A DNA stretch of 40,157 bases from a virus. Taxonomy: Duplodnaviria > Heunggongvirae > Uroviricota > Caudoviricetes. Made by a program: the position numbers and the translations under genes. Where the stretch lies: IMG/VR virus record IMGVR_UViG_3300046557_000835. One strand, written 5' to 3'. Positions 27,258 through 35,107 of the stretch are shown here, one piece after another. Numbering within the stretch: the first letter of the stretch is position 1; every line of letters begins with the position of its first letter. Below the pieces are notes generated by a model. The model searched no databases and was not told the DNA's origin. It saw only the letters and a list, made by a program, of their open reading frames with translations.

Positions 27258-28775
27258 TGCGAGCCCTTACGGACTCATTGTATTAACTGAACGGATAAAT
27301 TTTCAGTTAACTTTTATCGTTTCTATCGTTGTTGTATTCAAACCACATCCGGGCTGGACCCCTTGACATGATCTAACATTTTACTGACGTTCTGCTCTTC
27401 GTAATACACTACTGTCCAATCCCCTAAACGACGAAGATTGTTTTTACCTAAAGCGTAAAACACAACTGGCCTGGTAAGTTTGCTGTGTGCAATAAACTCC
27501 GCAGCACTTTCGTACAGGTAAAGTTGCTCACGGCTATGATGCCATGCCGCTACTTGCTTCTTACCATGCCCGCGCGCTTTCTCGATGTCGGCTTCCGTAA
27601 TGTCTTGGAAGTCGTGATCGAGGTAAGCTACTTGGTATTGCTTTTTGAAAATCCTTACCACATCGCGATACGGGATCGCTTGGTGGATATGACTAGGATA
27701 CGTATCGAAGTGTTTACCGGCAGCGATGAATGATTCAAACTCCAACACTTCACCGGTATCGATATTGCGGAACTTCACACCTCTGATAGGTACTTTGCCG
27801 TCATCTACTTTACGTTCTTTGATCTTTTCTTTTTGAAGTTCCTTCGGAATACTACCCGAGTACTTCTTAAACGAAAAGCGCCAGCCTTCGACAGGTTTCT
27901 CGTCTTTAATCGAATCCCAAACCATCAAGTGCGGTACACCGGTCTTCTCTTCTGCATCCCACACACTCATGAAACCTTGAGTTAGTCGAGTATTTGCATC
28001 GCGATTAATTCGCTCACCTACAACGCAGAAGCGATGATTGTCTTTCTTCATCACTTTTAGGTGGATGTTATTCTGCAAAGGAGTAACCCATTCGACATTA
28101 TCTGCTCGATTATTGGCAGGATTCAAGTCTCGGTGATTAACGTAATTTTTTTCTCCCACGGGCTCACCATGAAAGGCGAAAGCAATCAGACGATGAACGC
28201 CGGCGGTAATCTGTTTCTTCAAACCAAATTCAATAACTTCTAAATTAACGGTAACGTATTTATCGCCATTAGCGTAGGTGTTTCTTTTGACCATGTCTTG
28301 GTCGTAGATGCCGCCTTCCGAATCTGCCAGAAACCCGAGTGTTCCTGGAATAGGTTTTATCTCCATGGGTTTCCTTTCTGTGTTTATTACAATACGAAAA
28401 CGATAGAAACTACTGGTTCGCTACACCAGCACCATTGATGTCCAGTCAATGATTACCGACACTTTCATGCCGGGCTAGACCATATCTTCATTCTTTCGAA
28501 TGCTTTCCGTTTCGGCCCCCGCTTGGGATAGACGATTGAACAGTCGTCTACTTGTAAGCCTACTCTACTCCCTTGTCCTATTGCTAGGCGGTTTCGATGG
28601 TCGTTGATCGCACTTCTGCTCTAGAAGCTTTGAGGCGGATTACCCAATTCTTTTCGTTGTTACCATACCCGAGATCATTACATCGGCCGCTGATACATTT
28701 CTGGATCAGGTTGGTAGAAAAGACTCTAAGGGACTTCCCGCGGTTAGGAAAGTTTAACGACAGCGATGAGTATTT
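27258..28775 (-). mobile_element. Group I intron (IA-like, 1518 nt) in the RNAP active-site codons
   Basis: P1: exon CGACGGU pairs with GCUGUCG with the U-G wobble at the splice site. P10: CUCAUC pairs with exon 2 GAUGAG. P/Q: CGCGGGAA and AAUCCGC. P3: CUUUCC/GGAAAG. R: UCAACGACCA (28595-28609). S: AAGAUAUGGUCU (28475-28489). P8 and P9 have GAAA loops. Confidence 0.92.
27338..28366 (-). CDS. Intron-encoded HNH homing endonuclease with NUMOD-type DNA-binding repeats
   Basis: VHRLIAFAF...VNHRDLNPANNRADNVEW (HNH); repeated F.S...A motifs (FMSVWDAE, FESFIAAG, YESAAEF); visibly more AT-rich than the flanks. Confidence 0.92.
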   Translation of the reverse strand: MEIKPIPGTLGFLADSEGGIYDQDMVKRNTYANGDKYVTVNLEVIEFGLKKQITAGVHRLIAFAFHGEPVGEKNYVNHRDLNPANNRADNVEWVTPLQNNIHLKVMKKDNHRFCVVGERINRDANTRLTQGFMSVWDAEEKTGVPHLMVWDSIKDEKPVEGWRFSFKKYSGSIPKELQKEKIKERKVDDGKVPIRGVKFRNIDTGEVLEFESFIAAGKHFDTYPSHIHQAIPYRDVVRIFKKQYQVAYLDHDFQDITEADIEKARGHGKKQVAAWHHSREQLYLYESAAEFIAHSKLTRPVVFYALGKNNLRRLGDWTVVYYEEQNVSKMLDHVKGSSPDVV

Positions 28776-30113
28776 ACCGTCGAAATCAGCATTGAACCCT
28801 CTGACTGTTAAGATGCTGAGTGATACTGTTTGGTCGGCGGCATCAGTCTTGACCTTGCTGATGTAGAACAACTGCATCGAGCCCAAGCCGAGACTCGGGT
28901 TACGCTGGAAGATCGTGGGCAGACCCTTGACACCGGAGTCTGGTGCCACTTCCCATTTCGATTCATTGATCAGTTCGATGAACAACTCGTTAATCAATGG
29001 GTTGAATTCCGTCGCATAACGGTTCAAGAACCGCCACACTTCGTTGGGCAACCAACCACGTTCTTTGAGCTTCTTCGCTAGGTGTAAACGCAGTAAGCCC
29101 ATGGCTACGCCCCACGGGATGTGGAGTTCGCGGTGGTAGTGGTCCGCCGTCAGCGAAGTAATCACTGCACGGAACGACCAGTCGCAGCGGGTTGCCGCTA
29201 GGTGTTTACGTGAAATGCCCTCCTTCGATGAGAACGACTTCTTGTTGAACTCTTGGTAATACGTGGCCAGATTTGCGATAGCCCGCACCACCCGGTTTTG
29301 GCGCATGGTTGAACTGTAGTTGTTCAGTGGGTCGTCGAGACCGATCAACGATTCGATCGCATCAATCGCAATCGGTACGTTCGAGTCGACATACACCGCC
29401 ATGTCCGTATCCTCGACCACCAACAAGGTTTTGTTAGGTAGGGCGAGTCGTTCCGAGAAGATCTTCTCACGGTTCATCTGCAACAACTTCAGAATGTGAT
29501 GGACCTCGTTCGGATTGTCTTGCTTCTTCTTCCGGAAGTCACTGATGGTCAGCAGCTTCTCAATGATCCCTGGGCCGATGATCTCACCCGTCTTGTCATC
29601 AACGGTGTGGAAGAAGTTTTGAACGAACTTGTTGTAACCCCGCTCGCGTTCCAGCCCCATCGTTTGCAACTGCGCAAAGATCTTGGGGGGTTTGTCCGGC
29701 ACCGGATACTTGGTGTCGCACAACCAGTGGATGACGTTAAACCGCCCTTTCTTGAAGTGGTTCGACAGAATCGTCCAGATGGTTGGGTTGATCAGCTTCG
29801 CGACATCTTTCGGCTGCTTCAACCACACGAGGGATTCCAGCTTTTGCTCCCGGACGTTCATCACGGGTTTGTTGCAGTTGTTGCACACCACCCCGAGGAA
29901 TCGGCGACCTTGCAAACCTTCGCCGGTTGGGCAATGGCAGCGCGGGGTGTTGGTTAGAACGTCATTGGGCTGGTACCGCGTGAAGATCTTCTCTTTGAAC
30001 GCTTTGAGCGCGCTGTCCGAGCATTCCTGGAAATCGTTGATAATGATCGGGTCAGTACGCGACTGGGAAGCCCACAAGTCGTCGTGACTTACAATACGCA
30101 GGTAAGTACCGAT
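28776..30113 (-). CDS. nvRNAP beta' N-terminal (catalytic) subunit, exon 1 (phiKZ gp55-like); probable ATC start
   Basis: Zn-finger CHC...CNNC, KEGISRKHL, FRAVITS, FQRNPSL and RGFNADFDG. No in-frame ATG; GAGGAG lies 6 nt before ATC at 30113. Confidence 0.88.
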
Positions 30114-30172
30114 GATACACTCCTCTGGCAGGAAATAAATAACTATTATTGCTTTTTGTTCTCCCCGTAAAG

Positions 30173-30206
30173 AAAAAAAAGTGGAACCCGCGAGGGTTCC
30201 ACTTTT
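30173..30206 (-). terminator. Intrinsic terminator after chimallin
   Basis: AAAAGTGGAACCC-loop-GGGTTCCACTTTT followed by a U-run on the minus strand. Confidence 0.85.
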
Positions 30207-30232
30207 CCTCTTAACGAGTTACTGCGACCAGA

Positions 30233-32257
30233 TTAGTACGTGCGGGTGTGCGCCATGCTGCGGTAGCCAGCCTGCGCGCCGCCGCCGTAGGCCGGGCCGT
30301 TCTGGAACATCGTCGGCACGAAGCCGGCGTTGAGCGCACCTGCTTGCGCCAGACCGTACGGCGTACGCATTGCCATGCGGTTGTCCTGCTGGGCGATTTC
30401 GATACGCGGACGCAAACCGGTTTGCTCGATCGACTGGTCTGCCGCACGGATGAAGTCCGGGTGGAAGGTCTTGTGGATCGAGATGCCGGTGTAGGTCACG
30501 TTGTGTACGACCTGCTCGATGATCTTGGCACGGGCGGCCAGTTGAGCATCGTTGCTGCCACCGAAGGTAGCGGCCCAGCGGCGGCCGATTTCCGGATCTT
30601 CGTGACCCTTGGCGTTCATGACGAACAGCAGGTCCACGTTGCGCAGGTCTTGCGGACGACCGTCGCCGTCGATGTAGAAACCATTCAGCACGCGCTCGGC
30701 GCGCGGCAGGACGATCAGGCGGCTCGACTGCGGGGTGAAGAACAGCTGGCTGAAACGGTTGTCCGTCAGGGCGTCCATCGCCGACACGATCGCCTGGTAG
30801 GCTTCCGGCACATCGCTAGCTTCAGCGAAGATACGGGTGAACCAGGTTTCCGCACCAGCGATACCGCAGTCGATCGACAGCGCCGGCGCCGGCTGGATGA
30901 TTGCGTTGACCAGCGCGTAGTAATTCTCGATGCCGAACTCGTTCTGGTTGTTGGTCGGGAACGGTGCCACGACCATCTGGCCGTCGACCATGGTTTTCAG
31001 GCCGTAGTCGAAGTTCAGGGCGCCCAGGTCACGCGGACGGAAGTTGTCGTGACGGGTCGGCGACGCGCCGTTCATTTGCAGGTGACGCGGCAGGAAGTTG
31101 CGCAGCCACGGACGCTCTTGCGAGTTCAGCACCGCGAAGATCGTCGACAGCTGCAGCAGGACATTGCCGAGGTCCGGGGTCAGGCGCATGTCGAAACCGG
31201 TCATGGTCACTTCAGCGCTGTATTCCTGGGTGGCTTCGTTGCCTTGCTGCGCCGGCATGCCCATGTAACGGTTGGCACGTGCCGGGACCGGATCGATATT
31301 CAGGGTGATCGAGGCCAGGGTGGTGCCCAGGTCCATCACGCCTGCGGTGTTTTCGGTCTGGTCGGCGCGGTTGGTCTGACGCGGCTGCTCCGAACGGAAG
31401 GCTGCGACGACTTCGCCACGGATCGGATTGCCGGCCGGGTCGAATGCTTCCACCGGGGGGTTGACCTGGTCTTGGTTGAAGTGCACCGAGTTGACCAGGA
31501 TGCCGTCGCCGGCGACGCTCGACAGGCTGTCGTAACGGAAACCCGGGGTCTTGGTTTCCAGTTCGGTCCAGCAGGCGCGCAGTGCGTTCAGGAACAGGGT
31601 GGCGACAGCGACCGGATCGTTGATCTTGAAGCTGGTCGGCACCGTGGTCCAGTCGGCGTTGATCAGGTTGCTCTGCGGGACGATCTGCGCGACGCGGAAA
31701 CGGATGACCTTGGCCAGGGCTTCGTCGGCCAGGGTTGCCGGGGTACGCGGAGCGGTGATCTGCTCTTGTGCGTACTGACCGTACAGTTCGTTGGTGCGGG
31801 TCGGTGCGGTCATCGACATGTCGGACGCGATCAGCAGGGTGTGGTAGGCGACGCGGTTGTCCGAGCCTTCGACGATGACCATGATCAGGCCGATCGCGTT
31901 GCTGTTGTTCTCGGCGCCGATGATCGAACCGCGGGTTGCCGGGACGATGCGGACGTTGATACCGTTCAGGTCGGTGGTCTTCTGGGTCTCGTAGTAATCT
32001 TGCAGTTTCTTCGCCAGTTCGGCGACATCGCGGCCACCGTTCTGCGGCATGCCGCCGATGCGACCACGGCTCAGCAGAGCGCTGATGCCACCCGGACGGG
32101 CGCCGCCGACGGGAGCGCCACCTTGCGGCGGCTGCTGATAGTTGGCTTGACCCTGGCCGGCTTGACCGGCGGCTTGGGTGTAGGCTTGTGCCATCTGGTC
32201 ATTCTGTTGGCCACCGGTGTTGGTGTTCGGGGCCGGGTTCTGGGTACCAGTTTTCAT
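30233..32257 (-). CDS. chmA: Chimallin, phage nuclear shell protein
   Basis: 674 aa with a Q/G-rich N-terminal tail. Segments GNPIRGEVV, RDLGALNF, DGDGRPQDLRNVDLL and VTYTG...FIRAAD match chimallin as I recall it, and it sits directly upstream of the nvRNAP beta' N gene. Confidence 0.88.
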   Translation of the reverse strand: MKTGTQNPAPNTNTGGQQNDQMAQAYTQAAGQAGQGQANYQQPPQGGAPVGGARPGGISALLSRGRIGGMPQNGGRDVAELAKKLQDYYETQKTTDLNGINVRIVPATRGSIIGAENNSNAIGLIMVIVEGSDNRVAYHTLLIASDMSMTAPTRTNELYGQYAQEQITAPRTPATLADEALAKVIRFRVAQIVPQSNLINADWTTVPTSFKINDPVAVATLFLNALRACWTELETKTPGFRYDSLSSVAGDGILVNSVHFNQDQVNPPVEAFDPAGNPIRGEVVAAFRSEQPRQTNRADQTENTAGVMDLGTTLASITLNIDPVPARANRYMGMPAQQGNEATQEYSAEVTMTGFDMRLTPDLGNVLLQLSTIFAVLNSQERPWLRNFLPRHLQMNGASPTRHDNFRPRDLGALNFDYGLKTMVDGQMVVAPFPTNNQNEFGIENYYALVNAIIQPAPALSIDCGIAGAETWFTRIFAEASDVPEAYQAIVSAMDALTDNRFSQLFFTPQSSRLIVLPRAERVLNGFYIDGDGRPQDLRNVDLLFVMNAKGHEDPEIGRRWAATFGGSNDAQLAARAKIIEQVVHNVTYTGISIHKTFHPDFIRAADQSIEQTGLRPRIEIAQQDNRMAMRTPYGLAQAGALNAGFVPTMFQNGPAYGGGAQAGYRSMAHTRTY

Positions 32258-32342
32258 GCTGTTTCCTTTTTGTCGTAAAGATTTTGTTAATTTGTTTGCG
32301 CAAACAAACTTGTAACCGCGGCTATCTCTAGCTAGGTCAGTT

Positions 32343-32352
32343 TAGTGATATA
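32343..32352 (-). promoter_or_regulatory. Early-type promoter motif TATATCACTA upstream of chimallin
   Basis: Third identical copy, 86 nt upstream of the chimallin ATG. Confidence 0.65.
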
Positions 32353-32619
32353 GTGCTAAAAAGATTTAGCACCAGATCCGTTTTGCTAAATGGCAATTAT
32401 TGACGAAGACAGAGCATACCACAATCAACGTGTGAAGCTGTCATCGCTTCCACTATAACATGGGGGTGAGAGTGTATTTTTTTACTTTTGCATCTTCTTC
32501 CCTTCCTGTAATCTCTCGCTAACCAACACCTCTAACAGATAGTTAGTATGGGTATTTTTCTAGCTAAGAGATGGGTGACTGCAATCGTATGTCAACCCTT
32601 CTTCCCTCTTCTGTGGTGA

Positions 32620-33723
32620 ATGTCATCCATGTACAGTCTCGTTGATGTCGACCCTAAAAAAGAGTACGGCGTCGTAAAGCTTCCTGAATGGAAAGCCGTA
32701 CAAGATGGACTCAAGAGAAACCTGGTTGCCATGTTGTTTCACTACCGACATGCCAGTTACAGTGTGGCGCCCGATCACCTGTTAGTGCAACTGCTTCAGT
32801 CCATCAATGTCCCGTTGTCGCTCAACAGCGAACGGTATTACAGTAACATCAGTATCAATGCCTTGCCGGTGGCGAATAGTTTCCAATTCACCACCCCGTT
32901 TGGCAGTGGCAAGATCTTCCGTGGGGTGTTCTTTAACAAGACCGTCCAAGAAGTCATCATCGGTTTTGATGAAGCCTTCAACATGGAGAAAGTCGAAGCG
33001 CGTTGGGAAGACGCTACCCCAGTGCGTGTGCTACGCCATCCGTTTACCAACCTGAATCTGCAAGTGCCGAATGGGCGGTTTGTTAGCCAAGAAGCAGGAC
33101 TCGCTGTGGTGGCCGTGAACGTGAGTTTGCTGGCGGTGCAGTACCGGGCGTTTCGCAATGCGGAGCAGCGTAAACAAGTCGCCAATCCCGATTATACCCA
33201 GCGCAACATCCAACAGTTCATGCATATGTACGTGCTACCGAATATGCTGGAGAGTTATCTGGACTATGCTTTGTTCAACCGGGTCAACGCGTTGTGGTTA
33301 GACCGACCACTGAACAACGCACCGGCCCGTGAAGCGGTCCATATGCCGACGTACCATCGTCAAGTTGACAACGTGTATGTTCGGCTGATGGAAATCCTCA
33401 AGGGTTCTAGTTATAGCGCCCCTGCCCTATTGGCTGCCGTACCTGCAGCGACCCAGCCGGACATGCGTGCAGTGATGTTTGTGCCCGACGTTGCACCGAC
33501 CCGACAAATTCTATGGTCGGTGATATTAGCACGCCTTCCCATGTTGTTATTCTTGATCCAAGTTTCCAAGAAAGTGGAGCGGGTTCAAAACCAAACCGGG
33601 TTGGCTGACATCATGATCACCCTGACCCGGTTGAAGAAACAACGTGTGTTGGATTCCACACTCCCCAAAGAGCTGCACCAATCCGCAATGGCCATGATCG
33701 ATGAGATCTTGGTATCATTGTAA
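32620..33723 (+). CDS. Hypothetical protein, probably a virion structural protein
   Basis: 367 aa ORF in the plus-strand cassette between chimallin and the DNA polymerase, co-oriented with a head protein. Confidence 0.65.
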   Translation: MSSMYSLVDVDPKKEYGVVKLPEWKAVQDGLKRNLVAMLFHYRHASYSVAPDHLLVQLLQSINVPLSLNSERYYSNISINALPVANSFQFTTPFGSGKIFRGVFFNKTVQEVIIGFDEAFNMEKVEARWEDATPVRVLRHPFTNLNLQVPNGRFVSQEAGLAVVAVNVSLLAVQYRAFRNAEQRKQVANPDYTQRNIQQFMHMYVLPNMLESYLDYALFNRVNALWLDRPLNNAPAREAVHMPTYHRQVDNVYVRLMEILKGSSYSAPALLAAVPAATQPDMRAVMFVPDVAPTRQILWSVILARLPMLLFLIQVSKKVERVQNQTGLADIMITLTRLKKQRVLDSTLPKELHQSAMAMIDEILVSL

Positions 33724-33744
33724 CTTTTAATAGAAGGTAAAACC

Positions 33745-35052
33745 ATGAAACGTCATTTGGAAAAACCGACACCGCAACCGGTTCCGGTCCCGACCCTTTC
33801 CGTCGAAGAGGAAGCCATCCTCCAGGACGAACACAACGAAGCCTCGATCGCGGTCGATGCGGCAACTGCTGAAGCCGACCGTATCACCGAAGTGGCTGAA
33901 GTAGCGCAAGACGCTGTGTTGGTGGTCGACGAGACCCCGGAAGTCGGTCAAGTCGAACAAGACCTGGTCGGTGCCGTGGGTGACATGGCCGTGGCTGGTA
34001 CCGATGCCGACCCGGAAGAAGTCATCAGTCTGCCGGTGACCGACGGTCAAGACGTGAGTGTTGAGGGTATCGTCAGCACGCTGAAGTCGATCTGGGACGC
34101 GATCGTGACCGCGATCAAGAACATGTGGGTCGGCCTGAAGCACTGGCTGACTACCTACTTCTCGACCCTGGAGCAGAACAAGAAACACGCCGAGAAACTG
34201 ATCGAGCGGCTGAACGGCATGAAAGGTTACGTGCCGAACATCAAGAACGACAAGATCGAGATCAAGGACATCTTCAACTACGCCAACATCATCGCCGGCC
34301 TGAACCTGAGCGAACTGTTCGGCGGCATCGCCGGTCGCGATAAACGCTTCGAAGACTTCGTCGTCGGCGCCACCGACACCCAAGGTAGCCTCATGGTAAA
34401 CCTCGGCCACGCCATCGCGGAAGGTTACGACAAGTTCGACGGTATCAACGTGTCCGAACTCGGCGACATGGTCGACTTCATGAGCCGCAAGATGGGCGAG
34501 TACTGCAAGAAGCTCGGCCTGTCGAAGGGTGACGGCAAGGACAAAGACAAGTACACGTTCAACGTGGCCCAGATGAAGGTCGAAGCGGAAGGTTTCTCCG
34601 ATACCATCGAGAACCAAGCCAACTCGTTCGAGACCAAACTCGCCTACCTGTGCAAGATCCGCTTCAAAGTCGACCAGCATACCAGCTTCGCTGCCGCCGG
34701 CGTGGTGTCGTACAGGAACGATACGACCCCGGACATGGTGAAGGCTGACGTTCAGCATAAGCTCAACTTCATCAACCAGCTGATCGCCCACAAAGACGCC
34801 CACTTCAAGCAACTCGAAGAGGCGGTTCAGAAGGTCGAGCAAGCGTGCAGCAAGATGCTGGAACGTGTCAAGGAAGACAACAAAGAAGGCATGACCACCG
34901 CCAAGCGTCTGATGCCACTCACCAGTGCGTACGCCAACTGGGCAACCCAACCGGCCGCCAAGCTGCTGGACGTGGCGGCACGTCACAACAAGTTCTGGTT
35001 GTCGCTGTCGGAAATGGTTACCAACAATTTCCAAGAACCGGCTGCTGCCTAA
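33745..35052 (+). CDS. Internal head protein with an acidic propeptide
   Basis: Acidic N-terminal ~100 aa, then SVE-GIVSTLKSIWDAI (S/A/G-x-E head-protease site followed by an amphipathic helix), typical of phiKZ-like inner head proteins. Confidence 0.75.
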   Translation: MKRHLEKPTPQPVPVPTLSVEEEAILQDEHNEASIAVDAATAEADRITEVAEVAQDAVLVVDETPEVGQVEQDLVGAVGDMAVAGTDADPEEVISLPVTDGQDVSVEGIVSTLKSIWDAIVTAIKNMWVGLKHWLTTYFSTLEQNKKHAEKLIERLNGMKGYVPNIKNDKIEIKDIFNYANIIAGLNLSELFGGIAGRDKRFEDFVVGATDTQGSLMVNLGHAIAEGYDKFDGINVSELGDMVDFMSRKMGEYCKKLGLSKGDGKDKDKYTFNVAQMKVEAEGFSDTIENQANSFETKLAYLCKIRFKVDQHTSFAAAGVVSYRNDTTPDMVKADVQHKLNFINQLIAHKDAHFKQLEEAVQKVEQACSKMLERVKEDNKEGMTTAKRLMPLTSAYANWATQPAAKLLDVAARHNKFWLSLSEMVTNNFQEPAAA

Positions 35053-35070
35053 CTCATCTCACGATGACAT

Positions 35071-35107
35071 CCTCTCTCCTACCCACGGGTAGGAGAGAGG
35101 TATGCCG
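35071..35107. terminator. Hairpin at a convergent junction, followed by TATGCCG
   Basis: CCTCTCTCCTACC-cacg-GGTAGGAGAGAGG, then TATGCCG abutting the polymerase stop codon. Confidence 0.65.

Noticed and set aside
27258-27262. Alternative 3' splice sites ending in G (after CUCG, or at the G of GAU)
   Set aside because: The first shifts the frame to an immediate stop. The second is also out of frame when joined to the P1-defined 5' site. Neither fits P10 pairing.
28584-28775. C-terminal 64 aa (KYSSLSL...) of the 497 aa ORF call
   Set aside because: Read-through into intron RNA sequence, not part of the mature protein.
30248-32278. 676 aa plus-strand ORF spanning almost exactly the chimallin gene
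   Set aside because: In-register antisense shadow. It arises because the highly biased sense gene avoids TTA, CTA and TCA codons; it has no SD or motifs and is rich in V/R/G/D.
33727-35034. 435 aa minus-strand ORF
   Set aside because: Shadow of the internal head protein gene, produced by the same codon-bias effect.
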